This document shows positions 42,701 to 59,949 of a stretch of DNA of 64,000 nucleotides, piece by piece. Source of the stretch: the human T2T-CHM13v2.0 reference genome, Homo sapiens. The stretch lies in assembly GCF_009914755.1 (NCBI RefSeq), contig NC_060926.1; one strand, given 5' to 3'. The notes beneath the pieces were generated by a model, which ran no database searches, was not told the DNA's origin, and saw only the letters and a program-made list of their open reading frames with translations. The position numbers were made by a program, and so were the translations under genes. Within the stretch, counting starts at the first letter, position 1; every line of letters starts with the position of its first letter.

Positions 42701-44012
42701 CTGACTTTTGCTTGTAGTCCTCATATTCATACGTAAAACGTTCCAATTTCAGCTCTTGGCTGATAGAACACTGTCCCTTCTCCTTGTTTTTGTGTTTGTG
42801 TTTTGTTTTATGTTTTTTTGACAACTTTCCCCTCCTTGTTCAGCTTGGGGACGGTGCCCTCTGCGCTGGAGAGGAAGGGGCTTCTCTTCTCTGACAGGGA
42901 GCCCTGCAGCCTGCCCAGCTTCCTGTGCTCTGGCTTCTTCCTCACTGGTTTCAGCGATTCCACACTGGAGCCCCCAGAGGAGTAATCAGACTGGCTTGTC
43001 AGTCTCCTCCTTGTGGATTCTGATAAAGAACTGACCTCTGACCAAGCCAGGAGAGAAATGGTTTTCCAATTGTCTGTCTGCCAGTGCTTGGTGTGCTGGT
43101 TTGTATTGTTGGGGTTCTGCTTCTGGGTAGCAGAGCCCCCATGAGATGAGGTGGAGGAGGCAGACAGGGAGATGAACAGGGAGGGGTCCTTCAACACCAG
43201 CGGGGAACACTTGAGGCAGCTGGAGCTCCCCATGGAGTCCCTGTCATCCTCCCCACTCTCTGAGGACTCACTTTCCGACTCTGAGGAAAAGAACTTGTCA
43301 ATCCATTTTCCAAAGCAAACCTCTCTGCCTTTTGTTTATCTGTTTTCCTTCACTTCTTTTTCATTTTTTTTTCCTTCTGCTGCTTGGCATTAGAAGCCTC
43401 CCATTTCTTACTACCAGGCAATATTGTATGTGCCGAGAGTCTCAGCTTCTCTCCTGTGTCCCCATGGTGACACTCACGTCCTCCTCGTCTGATGTGTCTG
43501 ACAGAATATGATGGGATGCTTTCTTTGGTGCAATAGTGTTATTTTTAGTGTAACTTTTAACCTCCATTTTGAGTATAGAGATAAAACTATTGGATTTTGT
43601 TTCTTTTCTGTAATACTTTTTTAACAGGTTCATTCAGAGCACCTTTCTCTTCTATTTCAGTGACTCATAGATATATGGTAAAAAAAATAAAAAATAATGC
43701 CTTCGATGGCTTCCTCTACTCTTTCAACAACCTTCTTTCTAATTATGGCTACTTACCACTTCTCTGCTTTCATGAATATCTAACCTGTGTTCAATAACCA
43801 CAAAGCATCAATATCAGCTAATACCTATTCTACATCTTGCAGATAAGTAGTGGGGTTTTATATACTACTTTAGGCCAGTGTGAAAAGGATCTTACATGTT
43901 TCACTTATATTACTAAGTTGTAATCACTTTTTAGCTTACCAGTTTCCCTAAAGAGAATATAAGCTTCAAGATAGCACCACCAAAAAAAGTCAATTTTGTA
44001 TGTCTACCTTCT

Positions 44013-44450
44013 TGTAATAGAGTGAATTATTGTTTCCAATTTATCAGTTCCATGTAGTAGTTATTTACATACTCATCCTCATACCATTGTCATGGCTTCC
44101 TTTACCTCCATTGACTTGGTGCTTGGCCACAATCACTTGTTTTCACGAACATAATATTAATGGACAAGATATGAGTGAACACTTGAAATGAGCATATATG
44201 ATTGACTTTGTGCTCTTCTCCTCCATCTTTTTCCATTGGCAGCACCACTTTGCACTTCCTCTGATCCAAGGATAATGAATAACACTTAGAGCAGACCTAG
44301 AACAACCTCAGACATTGGGGCCAAACACAGCTGAGCCTAGCCTAGATGGCTAAACCTGAGATGATGTGAAGACATCTGTGATACAGATATAAATGCTTAT
44401 TTTTGTATACCACTGAGATTTTCTGGTGGTTTATTTTGTAGCATTATGTT
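44013..44450 (+). mobile_element. Old MLT1 (I/J-like) LTR
   Basis: ccattgacttggtgcttggccac...cacttgttt, agcctagcctagat, aaatgcttattttgtataccactgagatttt. Confidence 0.6.
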
Positions 44451-47034
44451 TAACTCTCTATATTTATTACAGTGTTTACAATGTAGTAGATATCTCAACA
44501 CTTGTTTAAAATGAACAAAATGACCATTATTTAAATCAACCCATGAAACAGACAGACACATTTGGGTAGAAGATACTGCACACAATAATCATAAACAAGA
44601 TGGGAGTTTTTAAGAAAACGCATATGGATAGATCAAAGTATGTCCCCATCACATGGCCAAATACTGACTAAAGAAGATGTTGTATCACCTATTACTCTGG
44701 ATAAAAAAAATCTAGTTGGAGTGATAGAACTGAGATGGTGAAACAAATGGTAGAGCTAAGTATGAATGTGTTTAAGTTTATTAGATGTGCAGCAGAGCTC
44801 CAGAGTAGATGGAGATCACTGTAGACCAGAAAAGGAGTCTTAGAAGAGGGGGACCTAGAGCAGCACTTCTAAAAACTTGTAGGATTTAGGGAGAAGGAGG
44901 AAAAAAGGGTAATTCTAGACAGAGAGAGGAACACATAGAAAACTGTGCAGGCAGTTGAGAATGGCCTGTGTTGGTGGGAAAGAGTGTATACTGGAGAGCA
45001 GGTCAAAATTAAAACGAGAGAAAGTGGCATAATTTGAGTAGGATCAAATACTGGGTGACAGTGAATGCCAGCTAAGAGTCCGAAAATTGTTGATATGGAA
45101 TCAGAAAAACACTGACAATTCTTGAGCCAGAAAATGATATAGTAAAAGAAAAAATTGCTCTGGCAGAAGTATTTAGAATTGTTTGAAGAAGGAGAAAATA
45201 AATGTAATAGAATCACAGTGCTAGGTAGTGCACTTATGCAAACCTTAGCCTCATAATCTGAGATTTATTTTTATACCACAGGCAAAAACATGAGTGTTCT
45301 CCAAAGTTATCATTTTCTCTACTATGTAAATTTGGAAGAGAGTTTAAAAAAATAAGCAGCAGGAGGTTGAGTGGTTAGGAAAGAACAATACTTTGGTACA
45401 TCTGGACTTTGAGCCAGATTCTTTTCTCTGAACTATGTTCGTTATCTGAGACACTGATTGTAAAGACCACGTTACCCAATGTAGGTGCAAAAGAAAGAGT
45501 TAATTAAAGCTGTTCTTGAGGAGTTAGAAGAAAAGGTTTTTATTACCATGAGGCAGAATTTTTCCTCAGTTCTTAAGGAAGGCTGTCAGCTGAGCTTCTG
45601 CAAATCATAACCCAAGTCTTAAACTTAAACCTTACAATATTACTCATACTCAGTAACATAAAAGTGGTATCATTGTTGCTAGCAAATTAGAGGTCTTCAA
45701 ATTGCTGAAAGAGACATAGAGCAAGAGTTGAATCAATTATCTCATATTTAGGGTGTGTGTGTGTTTGTGTGTGTGTGTGTCTTCATAAATATTATGTAAA
45801 CATGTTAGAATTTGATTTTGGGGCATTTTCCAACCTGTTACTAACACCTATCTCTATATATTCATTATATACCTGATAAGATGCCTTTGTTACTTTTAAT
45901 TTCAAATGTATTTTTATAACATTATGGACTTTTTGAGCTGAAAGAGATTTTATAGAAATCACATCCCATCTTGTCACTGTCAGAAGTGGAATCAGTTGTC
46001 TTAGCGGTGACTGCAGTGGTGGAGGTAGGCTGGAGAGCTTTTATTTTAGTGTTTCTTATTAACGATGCCACTGTTCATCGATCACTTAGGGCTTAAAGTC
46101 TTGCCATCATCCCTGACTTCTCCCTTCTCTCATTCTCACCTGGTGTTGATTATGATACTGAAATGCCCCTTATTTCTGACTCCTCCTTTAAACTCCATTT
46201 GAAACACTCTACTTTATACCTCCATTGTCTCTAGCCTAGAAAATTTCAGTAACCTCACAATTTATTTCTGAGTCTATTTTTTTTTGTTTTTGTCCTTCTT
46301 ACACATTGTTATTTCTGAAAGTTATCCTTGATTATACAATTCCTGATTTAAAAAAATAATAATAGATTCTATATCTCATTATATGCCAAATAAAATTCAA
46401 GGTCTTTAAGTTACACAACAGCACTCTATGATTTGATCCCAAAACACAACTTCAATCTTATGCCTAATATATATATGGCCAACTATGAGCCAGATACTGC
46501 TTATTACTGGACAAATGTGTCTCATGTTTTCCAACCCGTATAAGAACTTACTGCATCAGAACCAATATTTATGATGTGAACTCTCAACAACAAAAACAGT
46601 CTGATTTATATTTAAATTATTCTGAGAAAAAAAGTATATGTATTTTTTATGTGTATATACACACACACATGTGTATTTGTAATCTGATTTTGAAAGATTG
46701 TCATCATAAATGGCTATAATTTATAACATTTTGAATATTAATTTGTATGGAATGCCTCAAGTTTTTTAAAAAGTTAATTAGTTATTATGCCATCCTAAAT
46801 ATTACTCTTTTTTTTGCTTTAATACATTAATTGGCTTTTTATACTGATTTTGATAGAGAATCACAACTTTTTCTCAAATTACAATCAATATTCTCATGTC
46901 TGTATCATATCAAAAGTGTTTTTCCTTTAAGAACCAAATGTATCTTCATAAACTACTTTCCATTTATCAAATAATCTCATAGAGTTTTCCATCTTTTACT
47001 TGTCAGCTCTTGCTCACATATGGCAAGTAGTCCA

Positions 47035-47280
47035 TTGTCACGGTTAAGAGTTTGAGCTGTGCAGGCAGATTGCCTCCATTATAAACATGTTTCTCTCACT
47101 TAGTAGTTTTATGACCATAAGAAAACTATATAACCTTTGTGTGTCTCAGTTTTCTCATGTAAAAATAAGGATAATAATATTCCATATGTTGTTTATGAAG
47201 ATTAACTAAGACTATACATATACGAGCCTCTGAACAGCATCTGACTCATAGCTCTCACTCAGTAAGCTATTATTATTATC
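47035..47280 (+). mobile_element. MIR SINE
   Basis: ggttaagag...ctcacttagtagttttatgacc...aacctttgtgtgtctcagttttctcatgtaaaaataaggataataata...tgaagattaa. Confidence 0.7.
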
Positions 47281-47551
47281 CACAATTAACTGCCCTAAAA
47301 CCTAAAGCTCAAATGTCCCCTTGAGCTATTTTATTCTCAAGTTATATTTGAACTTCCAACAATGACACAGAAACTTTCTAAAAACATTTTGCATTATGTT
47401 TTAATTAAATGGACTGAAATTTATGAGAAAAAAATAATATCCTACTATTTTAATAGTAGTAGATAAAGTAGGTAGGTGTTGTAAGAATAAAATGATTACT
47501 TTGAATACTTGAAAGTGAAAGTTAATACCTCTAGAAAGAAACCAGATTCTT

Positions 47552-47921
47552 TTTGTTTTCTCAACTTTTATTTTAAATACAGGGGTACATGTGCAGGTTT
47601 GTTACATGGTTAAATTGCATTTTGCTGGGGTTTGGTGTATAAATGATTTCATCACCCAAATAGTGAGCATAGTATCTGGTAGGTGTTGTTTTCGACCCTC
47701 ACCGTCCTCCCACCCTTTCCCCTCAAGTAGGCCCTGGTGTCTGTTTTTCCCTTCTTTGTGTTCATGTGTGCTCAATATTTAGCTACCACTTATAAGTGAC
47801 AACATAAAGTATTTGGTTTTCTGTACCTACATTAATTCTCTTAGAATAATGGCTTCCAGCTGCATCCATGTTGCTGCAAAAGACATAATTTCAGTTTTTT
47901 ATGTCTGTGTATTATTCCATG
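47552..47921 (-). mobile_element. L1PA15/16-type 3' end
   Basis: caacttttatttta...acaggggtacatgtgcaggtttgttacatgg...gtgagcatagta...gcttccagctgcatccatgttgctgcaaa. Confidence 0.82.
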
Positions 47922-48168
47922 ACAGAAACAGCCTTCTTAATATTAGAGTCTGCTCAAGAATTTTGACCTCATAATTATCATGGTTCTACCACCTAACAGG
48001 GATTTTGAATGATTTCAAGAGGAAATGAGAGGCATGGACAAATTAGATGCCTAGATATCTGTCAGCTTTGTTCCTGATACTGGAGATTAGCCCTCTGTAG
48101 TGTAGACATATCCTTCCCAGGCTGTTCTAGAAGGCAGAAAAAAGAAGATGCCTTTACATAGTTGAGTT

Positions 48169-48230
48169 CAGTGTTTCTTAAATGTTACCTTGCATCAGAA
48201 TCACAGGAGGGCTTATTAAAATAGTGATGG
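48169..48230 (+). mobile_element. MER5A left part (split by L1)
   Basis: cagtgtttcttaaa...tgcatcagaatcacaggagggcttattaaaa, continuing at 54338. Confidence 0.75.
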
Positions 48231-48757
48231 TGGGAGGACTCAAGATGGCTAAGTAGGAACAGCTCCAGTCTGCAGCTCCCAGTGAGATCAACACAGAAGG
48301 CAGGTGATTTCTGCATTTCCAACTGAGGTCCCCAGATCATCTCTTTGGGACTGGTTGGACAGTGGGAGGGCGAGCCAAAGCAGGGCAGGGTCGCCTTACC
48401 TGGTAAGTGCAAAGGGTTGGGGAATTTTCTCCCCTACCCAAGGGAAGGGAAGCAGTGAGGGTCTGAGCCTGAGGAACTCCAGCACCGATACTGTGCTTGC
48501 CCCACGGTCTTCTCAATGCGCAAACCAGGAGATTCTCTCTGGTGCCTACCCCACCAGGGCCCTGGGTTTCAAGCACAAAACTGGCGGCCAATTGGGCAGA
48601 CACCGAACTAGCTGCAGGAGCTCTTTTTTTTTCCATACCCCAGTGGCGCCTGGAACACCAGTGAGACAGAACCGTTTACTCCCCTGGAAAGGGGTACCAA
48701 AGCCAGGGAGCCAAGTGGTCTGGCACGGCAGATTCCTCCCCCACAGGGCCCAGGAAA

Positions 48758-48856
48758 CTAAGATTCACTGGCTTGAAATTCTTGCTGCCAGCACGACAGC
48801 AATCTGAGATCCACCTGGGACATTCCAGCTTGGTGGGGTGGAGGGGCATCTGCCAT
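48758..48856 (-). other. L1 ORF0-like antisense ORF start within the L1 5'UTR
   Basis: Minus strand gcaATGGCAGATGCCCCT = MADAPPP (L1HS ORF0 begins MAGAPPP). The ISDCC motif is in another frame, so the ORF is frameshifted. Confidence 0.6.
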
Positions 48857-49474
48857 TGCTGAAGCTTGAGTAGGTGGTTTACAGTCACAGTGTAAACAAA
48901 GCCGGTGGGAAGTTCGAACTGGGTGGAGCCCACTGCAGCTCAGCAAGGCTGCTGTGGACAGACTGCCAGATTTCCCCTCTCTGGACAGGGTATCTCTGTA
49001 AAAAAGGCAGCAGCCCCAGTCAGGGGCTTATAGCAGACTTAAACATCCCTGCCTGATGGCTCTGAAGACAGCAACAGACCTCTCAGCACAGCGTTTGAAC
49101 TCTTCTAAGGGTCAGACTTCCTCCTCAAGTGAGTCCCTGACCCCTGTGTGTACTGACTGGGAGACATCTCCCAGTAGGGGCTGACAGACACCTCATACAG
49201 GAGAGCTCTGGCTGGCACCTGGCAGGTACCCTTCTGATACAAAGCTTCCAGAGGAAAGAACAGGCAGCAATCTTTGCTGCTCTGCAGCTTCCGCTGGTGA
49301 CACCCAAGCAAACAAGGTCGGGAGTGGACCTCCAGCAAACTCCAGCAGACCTGCAGCAGAGGGGCCTGACTGTTAGAAGGAAAAGAAACACACAGAAAGG
49401 ATTAGCATGTCCACACAAAGACCCCATCTGAAGGTCACCAACATCAAAGACCAAAGGTAGAGAAATCCACAAAG

Positions 49475-50498
49475 ATGGGGAAAAACCAGTGCAAAAAGGC
49501 TGAAAATTCCAAAAACCAGAATGCCTCTCCTCCTCAAAGGATCACAACTCCTCGCCAGCAAGGGACCAAAACTGGATGGAGAATGAGTTTGACGAACTGA
49601 CAGAAGTAGACTTCAGAAGGTGGGTAATAACAAACTCCTCCGAGCTACAGGCGCATGTTCTAACCCAATGCAAGGAAGCTAAGAACCTTAAAAAAAGGTT
49701 AGTCGAATTGCTAACTAGAATAACCAATGTAGAAGAACATAAATGACCTGATGGAGCTGAAAAACACAGCAGGCGAACTTCATGAAGAATATACAAATAT
49801 CAATAGCCAAATCAATCAAACGGAAGAAAGGATATCAGTGATTGAAGATCAACTTAATGAAATAAAGAGAGGAGACAAGATTAGAGAAAAAAGAATAAAA
49901 AGGAACGAACAAAGCCTCCAAGAAATATGGGACTATGGGAAAAGACCAAATCTATGTTTGATTGGTATACCTGAAAGTGACGGGGAGAATGGAACCAAGT
50001 TGGAAAACAATCTTCAGGATGTCCAGGAGAACTTTCCCAACCTAGCAAGACAGGCCAACATTCAAATTCAGGAAATAGAGAGAACACCACAAAGATACTC
50101 CTCGAGAAGAGCAACTCTAAGACACATAATCATCAGATTTACCAAGGTTGAAATGAAGGAAAAAATGTTAAGGGCAGCGAGAGAGAAATGTCGAGTTATG
50201 CACAAAGGGAAGCCCATCAGACTGACAGAGGATCTCTCAGCAGAAACCCTACAAGCCAGAAAAGAGTGGGGGCCAATATTCAATGTTCTCAAAGGAAGTA
50301 ATTTTCAACCCAGAATTTCATATCCAGCCAAACTAAGCTTCATAAGCAAAGGATAAATAAAATCCTTTACAGACAAGCAAATGCTGAGGGATTTTGTCAC
50401 CACCAGATCTGCCTTACAAGAGCTCCTTCCTGAAGGAAGCACTAAACATGGAAAGGAACAACTGGTACCAGCCACTGCAAAAACATTCCAAATTTTAA
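49475..50498 (+). pseudogene. L1 ORF1p, disrupted
   Basis: ATG GGG AAA AAC CAG at 49475. ORF 49751-50356 has EQSLQEIWDY.KRPNL, RHIIIRF, GKPIRLT.DLSAETLQAR and FQPRISYPAKLSF. Early frameshift and a premature stop at 50354-50356. Confidence 0.9.
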
Positions 50499-50561
50499 AG
50501 AACATCGACACTACGAAGAAAATGCATTAACTAATGTGCAAAACAACCAGCTAGCATCACA

Positions 50562-54106
<3,545 letters not shown>

Positions 54107-54337
54107 ACAATGAGAGCACATGGACACAGGGAGGGGAACATCACACAACAGGGCCTATTGAGGGGGTCAAGGGCTAGGGGAGAGATAACATTAGGAGAAA
54201 TGCCTAATGTAGGTGCTGGGTTGATGGGTGCAGCAAACCACCATGGCATGTGTATACCTATGTAGCAAAACTGCACATTCTGCACATGTAACCCAGAACT
54301 TAAAGTATAATAAAAAATAAAAATAAAATAGTGATGG

Positions 54338-54458
54338 CTGGGCCTCGGCCCCAGGGATTCTGGTCCAGCATTGTTTGGGTGAAGCGGAGGACTTGCATCT
54401 CTAACAAATTCCTAGGTAATACTGATGCCACTATCGAGATCCTAACTGAGAATAACTG
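54338..54458 (+). mobile_element. MER5A right part
   Basis: ctgggcctcggccccagggattctg...ttgcatctctaacaaattcctaggtaatactgatgc...gagaataactg. Confidence 0.75.
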
Positions 54459-55025
54459 CTCTACTCTCTTCAAAGTTTTCTTACCTTCACATCATTGTCT
54501 CCTCTTATGTCTGTTCATTATTCCTTTCTTGATGAATACACTTATGTTGCTGTCTCTGCTTGAGAGAGAGCTTTGGCTTCCTTTGCACATATTCAATGAC
54601 AGGCATTGAAATGTATTGAAATTTCCTGTGTTTCACAAGTGGAAGAATCAGAAGCAATTTACAATATTTTCCCCAGACAGTTTCACTTTCCAACTATTCA
54701 TCCTCTCCACTCCCTTAAAGATATCTTCCCTTGCTAGTTGATGTTGTTTGATTTTCTTCTCTTCATAACTCACAATACCTACTAGCTCATTTTCTTGTTT
54801 CACTCATTGTTACTTTCTATGGGTTATTTTCCTCCACATGACTTAATTATAAACTCTGCGAAAGTAGAGGACTTCGCCATATATTTTCTGTTTCAGCACA
54901 GTCTTTAGTAAGTAAATGTTTCTTCTCCATGTGTTCTTATTTGTCATCAAATTTCTCTGATAGAGCCTTTCATGATATCAACTAATAAGCAGGTAGAGTT
55001 TATGGCAATTTGCTTGGGTCATGGG

Positions 55026-55205
55026 TAGGATTGTAAGGTTTAGTACATAAAAATGACACACCCTAAGGTAAGTTTGAAATGTAACAAATAATATTTTTTA
55101 GTATAAATATATCCTGTGCAAAATTTGGGACATACTTATACAAATTATTTTGCTTTTCTGAAATTCAAATTTTATGAGCATACTATATTTTATCTGGCAA
55201 CCATT
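55026..55205. mobile_element. MER53 (palindromic hAT MITE)
   Basis: aagtttgaa...tttttagtataaatat...tgggacatacttatac...ctgaaattcaaattt...ttttatctggcaacc. Confidence 0.78.
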
Positions 55206-58200
55206 TTCATGGCTTTTCAGAACTTGATTCTTCAGAACGTCATTAATAGAGTCATATGAACATATCTTGCTACAAGAAATAGCCCTTTTATAATATTTCA
55301 TCATATCTTAGCCATGTGACTTTAGGTAAGATACCTAATGTCTTTGAGCTTCAGTTGACTCACGATGAATGGAGATAAAAAATAAAAGTGTTCAAGCAGA
55401 TATATAATACTTTCTCCGAGAATTCCAAGCTAATACTCACATAATGACCATTAATATCCTTGTAAATTGGTAACCTAGGAAGATACCAAGGTATTATATT
55501 TAAAATATATACATATCACGTATTATATTTAAAGCTCATGGTAAATTCTGTTAAGATATATTTCTCCTTGCTAGAAGAACAAACAAGTAGTAAGTTTTGG
55601 AATGTACAAGTCTAAGAAATAGATTGTTAACAATTTTGGAGCTCCTGCGGCCACTGGCCTCGTAGTTTGAAGCCAAGTCATCTGGTGAAAAGAAACAGAG
55701 AAAAGCCAGACCATGGGTGTTTCCTTGGATCAGGCTCCCTGTGATCCCATGGCTCCTACCACTAAGTTGTTCACCACCAGCATCACTACACACAGTCGTG
55801 GTTAATGAAATTCATCCCTGGGATCAGGGATTATATACCTGATTATATACCTTACAAGTTGGTCTCATTGGAAGAGAATCAAGTGTGTGATCATAAAGTA
55901 AGATCTAAGATATTTGCTTTCTCTAATATCATATAAGTAAGTAATGCTCTGATGCTAAAAATTGATTATTTAACAGGTATCCTGGAGCAAGGTCTCATGA
56001 AATTGGAGTGTAGGAAACAGATGCCTAGGAAGAAAAACTAAGAGTGCTGATATAATTAACACATAGGCACCAGATAAATTTGCCTTTACCACTATTTTCC
56101 CAAGGCTGTCTCTGTCCCAGAAATATGGACAATTGTTAGGTTAAATCACAAAGAGATAAGAAAAGACAGAAAGTTCATCAACTCTAGCCTGTTATGGCTT
56201 GATGCCCACATGCTGACCTTGGTTTGCTTTCAATTCCTCGATACCACACCTGTGTCTGCTAAAACTGACTGTGGTCTAGTATGCTTGACCCTCTTTAAAA
56301 GAGTGAATGGTTCTACCTTGTGCTTCATTTATCTTGAAATGAGACTCAAGATTGTTTACGGTCATGAAATGTATCCTAGGTTCAAGCTGTGACAGTTTAG
56401 TGAATTCTAAATGAGTATTTCCTACTGTTTGCAATTATTTCTCAGCCTAGAAAAGATTTTTGGCTGGTGTCAGGGTTTGAAGTTTCTTTATGTTGTTTTC
56501 AACTAAACATTATTCTCTCTCTCTCGGTTTTGTTCCTGATATCATACATGCTTCTCAATCAGGCTGTACTTGTCAACTGCCTTTCAAGTTACTACTGCAG
56601 ACTCTTTCAAAATGTGTTCTTTTTTTTATTGTGAAATTATTATTGTCTCCTAAAATGTTTCTGCTTTCTCTTTTCTCTCATTGAATTTTCATCTAATTTT
56701 GTTTTAAAATTAAACCAAATCAAGCAATAGTTGTGTTCCATGCCTTCTTACTTAAGGAATTGTTACATGCAAGCAACTAGCTTGTAAAATTACATTTTGT
56801 AACATATTTATTTGTTTTTAGTAAAAAGTTGGCTATAAACAACTTAATTATTTTGTTTACCTGTCTCTCAAGTTGAATGTAGCTCCAGAGATGGTGTTTT
56901 GGAAATAAAGGAAAACAAAAACAAAAGTTTCTTATTTCTTGTCAATTAAGAAAATAGAAGATAAAAGATAATTTTGGTGTCCTTTTAGTAGAAATTATTA
57001 AAGAAAATTGTATCACAACTCCTCTTTTAAGTAGAACTTCACTTAGTCAACTGCAGCTGTATAATTGTGTCTTCAATTTAAATATCTATAGAACTAAAGG
57101 TTTTATCTGTCTTCTCTGAGATCCATCTTAGCAGAATAATAAAAAAAAAATCTAAGTACTAAAATACAGAAGTAACTTATTTCATTAATTTCTATTTACC
57201 TTCATGTTAGTAAACAGTTTGAAGAATCTATATATTTTTATGTTTTAGATTAGCAGAATATAAGTTTTGTCCATATAGACATATATTTAGATCTGGTTTT
57301 AATGTTTTGATAAATCTGTGTATTCAAGTCAATGCAGAGTTTGATTGACATCACTTCCACTAAAACTATCGAAACATATCTAATGCATAATTGCCAAAGG
57401 TTTATTTCCTTATTACAACATATTTAACTGAGATATTAGTTTTTAAATGCATACTCCCAGGGTCTTACACATAGTGGAATAAGAGAAATCATGTTACATT
57501 CATTATCTCAATTTATTTTTAAAATTCCCCAAAATTCTCTAATATGATTTTCTGCATCCACACGTTTACTTCCCTAGAGTTTTCCCAATTTTCACAGGTA
57601 AAGAGGTAAATCTTTTAACAACTTTGAAACCAAGATAAGTGGCTTCTGCAACTAGATATTGGAGGCAAAACTAGTGTGAGAAGAGACGTGAACAGCCAGT
57701 AATTCACCACACGTGTGGAGGAAAAAGAAATCAATTGATCAAGAAATACATGTAAGCAAACCCAACAAATAACCATTAGCAACTTCATATATGGGGACTA
57801 GGGTAAAGTACAATATTGAGATATTGCTGGAGGTATGAAGTTAAGGTTGTTAATCCTTGAGCCTCCTAAAATCTGCAAAAAAGGCCAACAAATTTTAACC
57901 CATTCTAAGCAATTGCGTCACCATGGTATTCACTGCTTCACTTACTGTAGATAGCATGCTAAGAATAATAAAATAATTTTCACTAATTTCAGCATTTGTT
58001 CAAAAGTGAAGGATATACTGCCAACAAGAGAAAAAATTAACTTGACACTTCTCAATAGCTCTAAATGACAGAAGCCAACCTGACACTTTTAGAATTTTAA
58101 AAATTAATTTTAATGAGGAATTATTTATAAAAATAAACTTCATCAATTTTAAATATAATACTATTTCTGTTGGTTCCTTCTTTCTCCTTTCCATTTGTAA

Positions 58201-59949
58201 CCCCCATTACTTATATATTAAAACACTTATTCTACATTTCACTGAGGCTCTGTTCATTTTTCTTAGTGTTGTTCTCTTTTCTTATTTATGAATATGCATA
58301 ATATCTTTAAGTTAACCAATTGTTTCTTACATCTGTTGGTAATTCAGTCTCAATATGCTTTTCTTTTCTGATATTATATTTTTCATTTTTATTACGTTCA
58401 ATTTGGCTTTTAATTCATGGTTATTTAACTTCTTTATTATGTTTCTTCTTCATTTCTGTGAGCATATTTTAAAGATTTATAACACCTGTTTTACCTTGAA
58501 TGCTAATCATAGAATCTTTATTTCCATTGATAGATTTTTTCATGGTTCTCTATTTTATTTTCCTGCTTTTTTGCACACCTGACAATTTTTTATTGGACTT
58601 AAGTGTCAAATTTGTATTTCTAAAAAAGATATTGGATGTTGGTTTAGCAGAGTTAATTGGCAACAGCTTGATTATTTCAAGCTTTGCATTTTATTATTTA
58701 TTATGCCAAATACAAAGGAGCCTTTATTCTGAAGCTAATTTAGCCCTACTACTAAGGTGTATTCCTTCTGAGGACTCTCCCTAATGATCCTGTCTTACCT
58801 ACAGGATTTGGTGAGCCTGCTCTTCTGTGGTTGTTTTTTCTGCATCTTTGGAGAGTTTCATCCCATTCCCGCATATCTTAGTACTCAGTGGACAAAGGGA
58901 GGAAACTGTAGTTCTCCCAAGCTGTCTTTCGGTGCAGTTTTGTCCTCCTGGTATTCTGCCTTACGTATTCTAGTAACCTACACCACTCCAAATTCTGTTT
59001 TCTATCACAGTATCAAACTCTAGTCTCAAGAATGGTTGAAATAAACTATCAAAAATAAAATATGTTCACATTTTCAACTTTTTGAGTGACTCATTTAAAA
59101 CTTTAAAGACTTTAGGGAATAAATTATGAGTATAGATAGCTCTGCAATGCTTCTGAATACCATTGTAGCTTAACATGAGGATAAAACTATAAAACATAGG
59201 GAAAAAACCTTACAAACTCTTTGTTATCATGCATAAAGATTTTAGAGGTTATATAATATGGCATTTTAACACATTTAGAATAAAGTACTAGATGTAAGAA
59301 CTCTATAAAATTATCAAGTAGGATTTATTTAAAATTAGAAAAATGAGTCATATTGAGAATTACACTATTAAAATTCATCACATTAATAAGATAAAAACAT
59401 ATGATGCTCTAAATAAATGGCCAAAAATCATTTTACAAAGTGAAATATCCATCTCTAAGAAAAGCTTTTAGCAAGATAATTATAATTCCTTAACATAAAG
59501 ATGAATATTTTCTATCAGAATAACTACTGGACTTTGCTCAATGTGGATTTTTTAAATGATAAATTTGAAAACCAAGTGCTTTGGCTTTGAAAGTGCATTG
59601 CTATAAAATTAGGCCTTATTTTTCTTAACACCTGAATTAGAAGACTACAGCATTTTACATTTTTTATTAGCAGGCAGCCCTGTCCTTGTCTAAGTTTTCC
59701 CTCCTATCTCTTCTTAAAACCTCCTGGGTATACCTACATTAATCATGGATCCCTCATCCTCGTTATTCATCACGTATACTGTTTGGGGCCCACCATCACA
59801 GCTGCTGTCCTGAGGGGAGAAATCAATCCCCACCAGTTCATGTTTTATTGCTGCTAGTCCCACGAGTTTGTACTCAATGGTGAAGTTCTGATAATGCAAA
59901 AAGGTGTGCTACACCCTGTCACTTCCACCACAATAGTCTTGATAGTATT

